This document shows, piece by piece, positions 28,960 through 41,161 of a DNA stretch of 64,000 bases (position 1 is the stretch's first letter; the number at the start of each line of letters is the position of its first letter). The notes below the pieces were generated by a model. The model did no database searches. It saw only the letters and a program-made list of their open reading frames with translations, and was not told where the DNA came from. This DNA comes from Candidatus Binatia bacterium. GTDB lineage: Bacteria; Desulfobacterota; Binatia; UBA9968; JAJDTQ01. The DNA lies in contig OY762897.2 of NCBI GenBank assembly GCA_963666515.2, positions 1,792,001 to 1,856,000 of the forward strand. The letters run 5' to 3'. The position numbers and the translations under genes were made by a program.

Positions 28960-30226
28960 TCAGCGCGACACGAAAGCGCCGGAGGAAGCCTATGTTTGGA
29001 TATGGCTGCCCGGCACGACGGCACCGGTCGTCGCCGGTCGAATCGCGCGTGACGGGGAGCGGCTGATCTTCAACTACGGTCAGAGCTATCTGGACCGGAA
29101 TGACCGCATTCCGATCTACGAGCCGGAACTGCCGTTGCGCAGCGGAGCGATTGCGCCCAAAGTCGGGCTGAGCATGGCCGGATGCCTGCGCGACGCCGCG
29201 CCGGATGCGTGGGGCCGTCGCGTCATCCTGAACCGGACCTTCGGACGCAAGGGCAAGGATGTCGACACCGCTGAGCTCGACGAGCTGACCTATCTACTGG
29301 AGTCCGGCTCCGACCGAATCGGCGCTCTGGACTTCCAGCACTCTCCTTCCGAGTACGTGCCGCGGGCCGTTCAAGCCGCGACGCTCGAAGAGTTGCTGAG
29401 CGCCGCCGAGAAAGTCGAGAATGGCGTGCCGCTGACGCCCGATCTCGATCAGGCTCTGATCCACGGTACGTCGCTCGGGGGTGCGCGCCCGAAGGCGATG
29501 ATCCAGGATGGCAACACAAAGATGATCGCCAAGTTCTCGTCTTCGACTGACACCTACAACGCGGTGAAAGCGGAATATGTGGCCATGCGCCTTGCTGCCA
29601 AGGCGGGGCTTGACGTCGCCCCCGTGCGTCTTGCGGACGTCGCTGGCAAGGACGTGCTGCTGGTCGAGCGTTTCGACCGCCCAAAGACGACAGACGGCTG
29701 GACACGCAAGGCGATGGTCTCGGCGCTGACGCTGTTCGTTCTTGATGAGATGATGGCGCGTTACGCCAGTTATGAAGACCTTGCAGAAATCATCCGGCAC
29801 CGCTTCACCTCGCCGAAGGCGACGTTGCACGAGCTGTACGGACGGCTCGTGTTCAACATCCTGTGCGGCAATACCGACGACCACGCCCGCAACCATGCGG
29901 GCTTCTGGGACGGCGAACACCTGACCCTGACGCCTGCCTATGACATTTGCCCGCAAAGCCGTTCTGGCAATGTAGCCAGCCAAGCGATGCTGATCGTAGG
30001 AGATAATCGGTCGAGCACACTTGCGATCTGCCTGGAGGCCGCGCCCAATTTCCAGCTCAGCGACAAAGCGGCGAAGAACATCATCGACCGGCAGATCGGC
30101 ACAATCCGGGATGCATGGGACGACATCTGTAAAGAAGCCGCATTGACCGAAGTCGAACGCAACCTGTTCGGTCAGCGCATCTTTCTGAATGACTATATCT
30201 TCGAAGGCACGGAAGGCCTGTGGTAA
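28949..30226 (+). CDS. hipA: HipA family kinase toxin
   Basis: DAAPDAWG, SLGGARPK, ERFDR, NTDDHARN, LTPAYD. Confidence 0.92.
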   Translation: MTSDQRDTKAPEEAYVWIWLPGTTAPVVAGRIARDGERLIFNYGQSYLDRNDRIPIYEPELPLRSGAIAPKVGLSMAGCLRDAAPDAWGRRVILNRTFGRKGKDVDTAELDELTYLLESGSDRIGALDFQHSPSEYVPRAVQAATLEELLSAAEKVENGVPLTPDLDQALIHGTSLGGARPKAMIQDGNTKMIAKFSSSTDTYNAVKAEYVAMRLAAKAGLDVAPVRLADVAGKDVLLVERFDRPKTTDGWTRKAMVSALTLFVLDEMMARYASYEDLAEIIRHRFTSPKATLHELYGRLVFNILCGNTDDHARNHAGFWDGEHLTLTPAYDICPQSRSGNVASQAMLIVGDNRSSTLAICLEAAPNFQLSDKAAKNIIDRQIGTIRDAWDDICKEAALTEVERNLFGQRIFLNDYIFEGTEGLW

Positions 30227-30283
30227 CCGGCTGGCCACCTTAAAACATGAGGTGCCTATCTCTTGCCAACGAGGCCTGGACGC

Positions 30284-33031
<2,748 letters not shown>

Positions 33032-33129
33032 GTGTCCTCCCTCGTGATATCCTTCCGCCAAGTCCGGGGGTCGCCCGAATTCCTCCCTTGGGGGGCGCCG
33101 TTTTCGCGATACCCGTACTGTCCCGGATT

Positions 33130-33183
33130 CAGCCGTATTTAGTGCGGAACTACCAAATTACCCACAACATGTTGTGTTGTCAA
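33130..33183 (-). promoter_or_regulatory. nrdJ promoter with tandem NrdR boxes
   Basis: TTGACA-17-TAATTT on the minus strand; palindromic box CCACAACATGTTGTGT (33162-33177) in the spacer; weaker box 33130-33145, offset by 32 bp. Confidence 0.8.
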
Positions 33184-33294
33184 GGACAATCTTCTCATCA
33201 TTCTCCATCCGCTTGATGCCGCGCCGCGCCCGCGGCTATGCTGAGCCTTGCCGGGGGCTGCCCGTCTCGGCTCCGGCCGCGGCGGAACCGGAAC

Positions 33295-33729
33295 ATGGAA
33301 CGACTGGGTGACATACTCGACCGCACGATGCAGCGGCTGCCGTTCAGGCGGCTCGACGACTACGCCATCTGGCAGGTCTGGGACGACACCGTGGGCCCAG
33401 CGGTCGCCCGCAACGCCCGCCCCGAGAAGATCCGCGACGGCACTCTCGTCGTGAAGGTCCGGGCCGCCACCTGGATGCAGCAGCTCCAGTACATGAAGGA
33501 AATCATCGCGGAGAAGCTCAACCAGCGGCTGGACCGCGAGGTGGTCACGAACATCTTCTTCGTGGTCGGGGAGATGCCGTCCGAGAAGACGCCGGAAGAC
33601 CCCGAGCCCCCTCCCCTCGCGGTGGATGCGACGCGGCTCCCTGAAGACGAATTAAGCCGCGTGGACGATCCCGTGTTGCGGGACTCCCTGCGGCGCCTGT
33701 TGCTGAATCAGCTCCGAAAAAGAAGGTAG
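33295..33729 (+). CDS. DUF721/DciA family protein
   Basis: WDDTVGPAVARNARP...GTLVVKV...WMQQLQY...KLN. Confidence 0.8.
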   Translation: MERLGDILDRTMQRLPFRRLDDYAIWQVWDDTVGPAVARNARPEKIRDGTLVVKVRAATWMQQLQYMKEIIAEKLNQRLDREVVTNIFFVVGEMPSEKTPEDPEPPPLAVDATRLPEDELSRVDDPVLRDSLRRLLLNQLRKRR

Positions 33730-33736
33730 GCCCTCT

Positions 33737-33785
33737 GGACCCCGGATCGAGCTTGCCCCGGGCTTGACCCGGGTCCGGGGTGACG
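33737..33785. repeat. REP-like palindrome GGACCCCGGATC...TCCGGGGTGACG with a nested inner hairpin
   Basis: Same family as 53791-53838; lies between convergent genes. Confidence 0.7.
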
Positions 33786-33799
33786 TTGGGGGGTCAGGG

Positions 33800-34525
33800 T
33801 TACAGCTTCAGCAGTTCCGCCATCTCGTCCGTGTACTCGTCCTCGCGTTGGTAGATCACCAGGGGCGGCAGCACCGTCAGGCTCGCGCGGGCGCCCTTGA
33901 GCCCCTCGGCGAGCACCAGGGTCGCGGGCGAGCCGGCGAACGAGTGGACGAACCGCGTCCGCCTGGGCTCCAGGCCGTGCTGCCGCATGACCGCGAACAG
34001 TTCCACCGCCCTTTCGGACGGATAGACCAGGCACATCCGGCCCCGGTGCCGCAGCAGCCATGCCCCGGCGCGGACGAAGTCCGCCACCCCTCCCTCCACC
34101 TCGTGCCGGGCCAACAGCCGCTCCCGGTCGGGATTGACCCGGCCGCTTCGGGGAGGGCGGTAAGGGGGGTTGCACACCGCGGCGTCGAAGCTCCGGGCCG
34201 CGAACAGATCCTCCACGTCACGCACGTCTCCCCGCACCATGCGCACCCGCTCTTCAAGGCCGTTCAGCGCCGCGCCCCGCTTCGCCCGCTCGGTCATGGC
34301 GTCCTGAATCTCCACGCCTGCCACCTCCACGTCGGGGTTCAGCACGGCCAGGGAAAAGGCCACGACTCCGTTGCCGGTCCCGAGGTCGACGATCCGCTCG
34401 CGTCCCTGCAACTCGACGAAGCGCGCCAGCAGCAGCGAGTCCAGCGCGAACCGGTAGCCGCCCCGACGCTGGACGACGGCCACGCGGCCGTCGAACACCC
34501 GGTCGATGGTCTCGCCTGTCTTCAC
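33800..34525 (-). CDS. tRNA1(Val) adenine37-N6 methyltransferase-like (YfiC/TrmN family)
   Basis: GYRFALDSLLLA, DLGTGNG, NPPY, ARHE; start uncertain. Confidence 0.85.
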   Translation of the reverse strand: MKTGETIDRVFDGRVAVVQRRGGYRFALDSLLLARFVELQGRERIVDLGTGNGVVAFSLAVLNPDVEVAGVEIQDAMTERAKRGAALNGLEERVRMVRGDVRDVEDLFAARSFDAAVCNPPYRPPRSGRVNPDRERLLARHEVEGGVADFVRAGAWLLRHRGRMCLVYPSERAVELFAVMRQHGLEPRRTRFVHSFAGSPATLVLAEGLKGARASLTVLPPLVIYQREDEYTDEMAELLKL

Positions 34526-34648
34526 GGCGTCACCCGGTCCGGAGACCTCCGGCCCCACGTCGCCACGGCGGCCGAAAACTTGTACGGGTCCCCGGTATGC
34601 TATAGGTTGAAGCCTGATGGGCCGCCCTATTCATCTCCTCCTCACCGG

Positions 34649-35419
34649 ATGATCTCGCTCCTCGGAAACCTCGGCGGACGGACGCTCGGCCTCGTGACCG
34701 GCATGGGCGCGGGCGTGATCTTCCTCGGTTCAGCCCTGTCCTGGGCGGTGCGGCCCCCCGCCAAAATCCGCCTCATCATACAACAAATCCGCGCCATCGG
34801 GGTGGACTCGTTGCTGGTGGTGCTCCTGGCCGGCCTCTTCACCGGCATGGTGCTGGGGCTTCAGGGCTACTACAGCCTGCGGAAGTTCAACGCCGAGAGC
34901 TTCCTGGGCGCGGTGGTGGCCCTGAGCCTGTTGCGGGAACTGGGGCCGGTGCTGTCCGCCTTCATGGTCACCGGCAGGACGGGCTCCGCCATGGCCGCGG
35001 AGTTGGCGTCCATGAGGGTCACCGAGCAGATCGACGCCATGCACGCCATGGCCATCAACCCGGTCAAGTACCTGGTGTCGCCCCGCATCGTCGCCGGCGT
35101 CATCGCCATGCCGCTGCTGACCTGCATGTTCAACGTCATCGGCATCTACGGCGCCTACCTCGTCGGCGTCGGCCTGCTGGACCTGGGATCGGGCAGCTAC
35201 GTCGCCGGCATGGAGCAGAGCGTGCAACTCCGGGACGTGGGCGAAGGGCTGCTCAAGTCCGCCACCTTCGGGCTCATCATCTCCTCGGTATGCTGCTACA
35301 AGGGCTTCCACGCGCTCCCCATGGCCACGGGCGTGGGCCGGGCCACCACCGAGGCGGTGGTGCTCTCGTTCGTCCTGATCCTGGTGTCGGACTACTTCCT
35401 GACCTCGGTGATGCTGTGA
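34649..35419 (+). CDS. mlaE: MlaE family ABC permease
   Basis: RELGPVL...GRTGSAMAAELASMRVTEQIDAM; GVGRATT. Confidence 0.92.
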   Translation: MISLLGNLGGRTLGLVTGMGAGVIFLGSALSWAVRPPAKIRLIIQQIRAIGVDSLLVVLLAGLFTGMVLGLQGYYSLRKFNAESFLGAVVALSLLRELGPVLSAFMVTGRTGSAMAAELASMRVTEQIDAMHAMAINPVKYLVSPRIVAGVIAMPLLTCMFNVIGIYGAYLVGVGLLDLGSGSYVAGMEQSVQLRDVGEGLLKSATFGLIISSVCCYKGFHALPMATGVGRATTEAVVLSFVLILVSDYFLTSVML

Positions 35420-35434
35420 GGCCCTGAGCTTGCC

Positions 35435-36172
35435 ATGATCCAGGTCGTCGACGTCTACAAGAACTTCGGGCAACAGGAAGTCCTCAAGGGTACCCACCTG
35501 ACCATCGAGGACGGCGTCATCACGACCATCATCGGCGGCAGCGGCTCCGGCAAGACCGTTCTGCTGAAGACCATGATCGCGCTGCTGCTTCCCGACCGCG
35601 GGCAGGTCCTGGTGGACGGAACCGACATCACCCGGCTGGGAGAGAAACCCCTGAACGGCATCCGGGAGAAGTTCGGCTTCCTGTTCCAGGGCGCGGCCCT
35701 GCTGGACTCCATGACCATCTTCGACAACGTGGCCTTCCCGTTGCGGGAAAGGACACGGCTCGGGGCGGACGCCATCGCCGGCAAGGTAGGCGAGCGGCTG
35801 GACCAGGTCGGCCTCAAGGACATGGGCTACAAATACCCGGCCGAGGTCAGCGGCGGAATGAAGAAGCGGGCCGGTTTCGCCCGGGCGCTGGTCACCGACC
35901 CCGAGATCGTGCTGTTCGACGAGCCTACCACCGGCCTCGATCCCCTGTTGGGCCAGAGCATCCACCGGCTCATCGCGGACATGCAGGACCGGCTCGGCTT
36001 CACCGGCGTCATCGTGAGCCACGACATCCCGGAAGTCTTTACAATATCCGACCACGTGGCTATGTTGGCCGACGGAGTGATCGCCGACAGCGGGCCCACC
36101 GAGGAGTTCCTCCGGTCATCCAATCCAGCGGTACGCCGGTTTCTGGGCAACGAGACTTCCGAGACGGCGTAA
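35435..36172 (+). CDS. mlaF: MlaF family ABC ATPase
   Basis: GGSGSGKT, SGGMKKR, FDEPTTGLDP. Confidence 0.92.
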   Translation: MIQVVDVYKNFGQQEVLKGTHLTIEDGVITTIIGGSGSGKTVLLKTMIALLLPDRGQVLVDGTDITRLGEKPLNGIREKFGFLFQGAALLDSMTIFDNVAFPLRERTRLGADAIAGKVGERLDQVGLKDMGYKYPAEVSGGMKKRAGFARALVTDPEIVLFDEPTTGLDPLLGQSIHRLIADMQDRLGFTGVIVSHDIPEVFTISDHVAMLADGVIADSGPTEEFLRSSNPAVRRFLGNETSETA

Positions 36173-36195
36173 GGGCCTGATCTCCGGCACGCGGC

Positions 36196-36651
36196 ATGAA
36201 CCATAGAGCAACGGAAATCGTCGTCGGCCTCTTCGTGGTCGCAGGCCTCCTCTGTCTCGGCTACCTCGCCATCCGGTTGGGCAAGCTCGAAGCCTTCGGC
36301 AACTCGGGATACGTGGTGTATGCCGACTTCGCCAATGTGGCCGGGCTGCGCCGCGGGGACTCGGTGGAGATCGCCGGGGTGAGCGTGGGCCGGGTGGACT
36401 CCCTGGGCCTCGTCGACGACCGCGCGCGGCTGACGTTGCGGATCGACGCGGGAGTGGCCATCCAGGAAGACGCCATCGCTTCCGTCCGGGCGAGGGGGCT
36501 CATCGGCGACAAGTTCATCGCCATCTCACCCGGGGCGTCCGACCGGCTCGTCCCGTCCGGCGGGAAGATACGCGAGACCGAGTCGCCGCCGGACATCACC
36601 GACCTGATCGGCAAGATGATCGGCGGCGACGTGACGAAAGGCGCGCCCTAG
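36196..36651 (+). CDS. mlaD: MlaD/MCE-domain protein
   Basis: EIVVGLFV, FANVAGL, AGVSVGRV, GLIGDKFI. Confidence 0.92.
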   Translation: MNHRATEIVVGLFVVAGLLCLGYLAIRLGKLEAFGNSGYVVYADFANVAGLRRGDSVEIAGVSVGRVDSLGLVDDRARLTLRIDAGVAIQEDAIASVRARGLIGDKFIAISPGASDRLVPSGGKIRETESPPDITDLIGKMIGGDVTKGAP

Positions 36652-36693
36652 CAGGCTGCCGGAGACCAGGACCCTCCGTCCCGGCAACGTCGC

Positions 36694-37995
36694 ATGCGCT
36701 TCAAAAATCTAGTCCAAACCTGCCGCAGCCATCTCTCGTTCTACGGCTGGCGGATGGTGCTGGTGGGCTGCCTCTTCCGGTTTCTCGGAGGCGGCTTCCA
36801 CTTCTACGGCTTTACCGTCTTCGTCTCGCCGTTGGAAAAGGACCTGGGCATCACCCGCCGCGCCACCAACCTCATATTCGGTCTGGCCCGGGCCGAAGGC
36901 GCCATCGAAGGCCCCTTGGCCGGATATCTCATCGACCGTTTCGGCCCGCGGCCCATCATGATGATCGCGGTCCTGCTCACCGGTCTGGGCTACGTCATTT
37001 GCTCCTGGGTCGAGTCCTACTGGGCCCTCCTGGTCATCTACCTGGGAGTGGTCTCGCTGGCCTTCGGCGCCGGCTTCATGCACTGCCCGATGGTGCTGGC
37101 CAATAGCTGGTTCTTCCGCTTCCGCGCCCGGGCCATGGCGCTGGTGAGCTGCTCCATCGGCATCGGCGGCGCGCTGCTGGCGCCGGTGCTCGCGTACGTG
37201 GTCTACTACTTCGGCTGGCGTTGGGGGATGGTGTTCGCCGGCACGGTATTCCTCGCCGCGGGGACGCCGCTGGCGGCCATGGTGCGCCGGTCACCCGAGG
37301 ACATGGGACTGGCGCCGGACGGAGACTACTCCGCGCGCACGTCTCAAGCGTCGGATCGGCCGTCAGCCGGCGGCGCGGCGGCGACCGAGGCCGACGTAGG
37401 CATTTGGGAGGCCCTTCGCGGCGCTCCATTCTGGCTCCTCGTCGCTTCGACTCTCTTCCGGGTGTTGGGCCTCAGCACCATCATCGTCAATTTCGTGCAG
37501 ATCCTCGGCTGGAAAGGCGTGGGGCCGCTCGCGGCAAGCTGGTTCCTCGGTGTATTCGCGGCCCTGTCCCTTCCGACACACCTCATAGTGGGCTGGCTGG
37601 CGGACCGGCTGGACAAGGCGAGGGTCATGGCCGTCTGCATGCTGGTCGCCGCGGTCGCCCTGGTGTTGCTCACCTACGTCCAAAACACGCTGTGGATCTG
37701 GCTCTTCCTTCCCATGTTCTCCCTCGTGGAAGCCGTCTTTCCGGTGACCTGGGCCATGGTCGGGGAGCTGTACGGGCGCCGCCATTTCGCCAAGGTACGC
37801 GGCAACATGGGCTTCTTCTACCAGTGGGGCGGCATGATCGGACCCTACGTGGCAGGGGCCATCTACGACGCGACCCAGAGCTACAAGCCCGCGCTCCTGG
37901 GGATGGCGGGTTTGTACGTTCTCTCGGCCATCCTCTATCTGCTGCTCGGCAGGACCCGGCTCGCGCGGATGCGGGCCGCCTCCCCGGCCTCGTAG
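36694..37995 (+). CDS. MFS transporter
   Basis: GYLIDRFGPR and GWLADRL motifs; about 12 TM segments. Confidence 0.88.
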   Translation: MRFKNLVQTCRSHLSFYGWRMVLVGCLFRFLGGGFHFYGFTVFVSPLEKDLGITRRATNLIFGLARAEGAIEGPLAGYLIDRFGPRPIMMIAVLLTGLGYVICSWVESYWALLVIYLGVVSLAFGAGFMHCPMVLANSWFFRFRARAMALVSCSIGIGGALLAPVLAYVVYYFGWRWGMVFAGTVFLAAGTPLAAMVRRSPEDMGLAPDGDYSARTSQASDRPSAGGAAATEADVGIWEALRGAPFWLLVASTLFRVLGLSTIIVNFVQILGWKGVGPLAASWFLGVFAALSLPTHLIVGWLADRLDKARVMAVCMLVAAVALVLLTYVQNTLWIWLFLPMFSLVEAVFPVTWAMVGELYGRRHFAKVRGNMGFFYQWGGMIGPYVAGAIYDATQSYKPALLGMAGLYVLSAILYLLLGRTRLARMRAASPAS

Positions 37996-38030
37996 CCCGG
38001 ACGGCTCCATCCACCCCCGCGGACCTGCGC

Positions 38031-38894
38031 TTACCCTCCCAGGGAGATGGCCGCGGTGCCCGCGATGACGCAGATGGCTCCGACCACGGTCTGCAACCGC
38101 ACCTGCTCCAGGTCCCGCAGAAAGATCACCGTCCCCAACAGCACCCACAGCGGGCTGATGCCCACCAACGGCGAGACCGTGACCACGCTGCCGATGCCCA
38201 GAGCCGTGATCACGAGCAGGATGCCGCAGGTCTCGGCGGCGCCCGCGGCCAGGAACGGCAGCATGGCGCGCCGGTCCCACACCAGCCGCTCACGGCTGAG
38301 CGACGTGTAGACCAGGAAGCAGACCAGCGACACGATCCCCACCAGCGCAGCGAAGAACAGCGGCTCGTGAGAGATGGACAGGGCGTAGCGCCGCATGGGA
38401 TGGACGATGCCCGCCAGGAGCGCAGCGGTGAGGGGGAACAGGAACTCCCACCAGCGAAAGGACACCACCTCCGACGCGGGCTTCCAGGTGATCAGCACGA
38501 TGCCGCACACCACCGAAACGACGCCGGCAAGGGTCACCAAGCTGGCGCTCTCGCCCAGCACGGTGATGGCCACGAACACGCCGAACATGGGATGCGTCGA
38601 CCGGATGGGTCCGCTGCGGGAAGCGCCCACACGATGCACGCCGGTGTAGGTGCACAGGCGGATGATGGGCTGCAACATGCCGGCCACGATGAAGACGTAC
38701 ACGGCCACGGCATCCACCCGAGGAATCCCTCCGGTGAGGAAGACCGCGGTCCAGGTGGTGACCGTGTGGACGAGCAGGGAGATCAGCGTCACGGTCTTGG
38801 GCGTCGAGTACTGCATGCCCCGGCGGGAAGTCACCAGCACGCAGGCATAGGAAAGCGAGGCGCAGAGCGCGATGACCTGGGGTGGGATGGACAT
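38031..38894 (-). CDS. EamA/DMT family transporter
   Basis: Two hydrophobic EamA repeats (VLGE; SPL...FLRDLE). Confidence 0.85.
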   Translation of the reverse strand: MSIPPQVIALCASLSYACVLVTSRRGMQYSTPKTVTLISLLVHTVTTWTAVFLTGGIPRVDAVAVYVFIVAGMLQPIIRLCTYTGVHRVGASRSGPIRSTHPMFGVFVAITVLGESASLVTLAGVVSVVCGIVLITWKPASEVVSFRWWEFLFPLTAALLAGIVHPMRRYALSISHEPLFFAALVGIVSLVCFLVYTSLSRERLVWDRRAMLPFLAAGAAETCGILLVITALGIGSVVTVSPLVGISPLWVLLGTVIFLRDLEQVRLQTVVGAICVIAGTAAISLGG

Positions 38895-38916
38895 GCGCGG
38901 CGATTTCTCCCGCGGG

Positions 38917-39315
38917 CTATTCGCGGGAGCTTCCGGTGTCGCCCGCCGGCTCGCCCCGCCGCGCGAGCCGCGGCATGCGCAACTCCGGGGCGGCGCCGCC
39001 CTTGTCACACCACGCTTCGACCGCGGCCAGATCGGCTTCGACGTCCGACAGGAACTCCGTCACGGCGACGCCGAGACAGACCGGCCGGTAGGGTTCTAGC
39101 TTCCGAACGGCCGAGCGCAACAGCTTGACCGTGCCCTGGGGCACCTCCTGCTCCCACTTGAAGTAACCCGCGGCCACCTGAATAATGCCCTGGTAGAAGT
39201 CGCGCTCCGGGCCGTGGTCCTCCAGCCAGAGCTGCTCCAGAGTCTCGTGGGCCTCGTAGAAGAGCCCCCGGTTGAACTCTTCAAGGGCCGTGAGGAAGCG
39301 AGGATCGTATTCCAT
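38917..39315 (-). CDS. DUF309 family protein
   Basis: FNRGLFYEAHETLEQLW...QGIIQVA. Confidence 0.85.
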   Translation of the reverse strand: MEYDPRFLTALEEFNRGLFYEAHETLEQLWLEDHGPERDFYQGIIQVAAGYFKWEQEVPQGTVKLLRSAVRKLEPYRPVCLGVAVTEFLSDVEADLAAVEAWCDKGGAAPELRMPRLARRGEPAGDTGSSRE

Positions 39316-39444
39316 GACGTTCGGAAGGTTGAGCCATAGCCGTTGGCCACGGCGGGCGGGCGGTCCGCCACGAAGCCTTTACCTATAGCAAGGGCGGATG
39401 ATCCGTACCAGACGAACGCGCAAGGGGACATCCGTAACGCACCG

Positions 39445-40749
39445 ATGCCGGACCCGATCACACTGACCATCGACTCCCTCACCCACGGCCCCTGGGGGCT
39501 CGGACGGCACCAGGGCAAGGTCGTCATGGCGCCCATGACGGCTCCGGGCGACCAAGTGGCCGCCGAAGTCGTGGATGAGCACAAGCGCTATTCGGTGGCG
39601 CGGGTGACGTCGCTGCTGCGTTCGTCGCCGACGCGCCGGGCCGCGCCATGCCCCTACGCCGGCGAGTGCGGCGGCTGCTCGTGGCAGCAGGTGGCGTATG
39701 ACGCGCAGCTTCAAGCCAAGCAGCGCAACGTGGCCGACGCGCTGACCCGCGTGGGCGGTCTCAGCGGTTTCGACATCCAACCCATCCTGCCCGCCTCCCC
39801 CGAGTTTCACTATCGCCGGCGCATCGGGCTTCACCTGGATGAGCGCGGCAGGCTCGGGTTTCGTCGCGCCTTCTCCCGGGAGCTGGTCGAGATCACCAAC
39901 TGCCTGATCGCGCACCCGGACGCGGACCTTGGTATCGGCGCGGCCGCCGAATGGGTCCGGCGCCTTGAAACCCCGATCTCCAGGGTCGAGATCGTGAGCG
40001 CCGACCGCGCCGGCGAAGTGATATTGTCGGCTTCGACCCGGCATGGATTCGCCAACGCCGACACGCGCACCTGTGAGCGGACCGTGGCCGGACCGGTGGC
40101 AGGCCTCGTGGTGGCAGGTCCCGGCTGGCGCCGCCATTGGGGCGAGACCACCCTCTCATTCGTGGTGGACGGAGACCTGCGGCTGCGTCACGACGCCGAC
40201 ACCTTCGGACAGGTCAATCCGGACGGCAACCGGAGGCTGGTGGACGAGCTGCTCTCGTGGGAGGCTTTCGGTGCACGGGACCGCGTTCTCGAACTCTACG
40301 CGGGCGCGGGCAACCTGACGCTTCCCATCGCCCGCCGGGTGCGACGGGTGACCGCGGTGGAAGCCAGCCGGAAGCTGGTCCGAAACGGCAGGCGGAATGC
40401 TGAGGACAACCGGCTCCACAACGTCCGGTGGCTCCGGCAGGATGCCGACCGGGCAGTGGACGAACTGGTCCGCCAAGGCCGGCGTTTCACCACGATCGTA
40501 CTGAACCCTCCGCGCCATGGGGCCAAAGAGGTGGTCGCGAGACTCCCCGCTCTCGGCGCCCGGCGGATCCTGTACGTTTCCTGCAATCCGGCGACTCTGG
40601 CGCGCGACCTTCGCGAGTTGGCGGCCCAGGGCTTCGCTCTGCGACGCGTTCGTCCGGTGGATCTCTTTCCCCAGACGTTTCACGTCGAAACTCTGGCCGA
40701 ACTGGTCCTCACCGAACCTTCCGCGCCCCCACCCGGATCACCGGAATAA
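39445..40749 (+). CDS. rlmD: 23S rRNA m5U methyltransferase, RlmD/TrmA family with TRAM domain
   Basis: CPYAGECGGC, FGQVN, LYAGAG, NPPR, YVSCNP, FPQTFHVE. Confidence 0.85.
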   Translation: MPDPITLTIDSLTHGPWGLGRHQGKVVMAPMTAPGDQVAAEVVDEHKRYSVARVTSLLRSSPTRRAAPCPYAGECGGCSWQQVAYDAQLQAKQRNVADALTRVGGLSGFDIQPILPASPEFHYRRRIGLHLDERGRLGFRRAFSRELVEITNCLIAHPDADLGIGAAAEWVRRLETPISRVEIVSADRAGEVILSASTRHGFANADTRTCERTVAGPVAGLVVAGPGWRRHWGETTLSFVVDGDLRLRHDADTFGQVNPDGNRRLVDELLSWEAFGARDRVLELYAGAGNLTLPIARRVRRVTAVEASRKLVRNGRRNAEDNRLHNVRWLRQDADRAVDELVRQGRRFTTIVLNPPRHGAKEVVARLPALGARRILYVSCNPATLARDLRELAAQGFALRRVRPVDLFPQTFHVETLAELVLTEPSAPPPGSPE

Positions 40750-40887
40750 GTATTTTTTCAATAGGTTATGATTCGACCTCTCGTACGCCACTTGAACCGC
40801 TACGGTGGCCGGAGAATACCGCGGCCGGACCACTTCAGGGTTGAGCTACGGACTCCAACTGGTGTAGACTGAATTTGGGAGGAAGAA

Positions 40888-41133
40888 ATGACCCAGCCGA
40901 AGAAAAGGGTAACTCCAAAGGTCACCATCATCGACAGCAACGGCGCCAGCCAGACCATCAACTACCTGCTCGAGGACCGGGACGAGCTGGAATGGCTGAT
41001 GGCGGTGGGACGCAACAAGAACGGTGACATCTTCTTTTACGACACCGGCGGCGACATTCTCCACGACCTCGGCGCCCTGGAGTACGTAAAAGAGCGAATC
41101 CTCAGGGATTACTTCGGCGAAATGGACGAATAG
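40888..41133 (+). CDS. Small acidic hypothetical protein
   Basis: GGAGG RBS; host-like codon usage; 81 aa. Confidence 0.75.
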   Translation: MTQPKKRVTPKVTIIDSNGASQTINYLLEDRDELEWLMAVGRNKNGDIFFYDTGGDILHDLGALEYVKERILRDYFGEMDE

Positions 41134-41161
41134 AGCCTCATACGGACGGCCGAGGCGCGAT

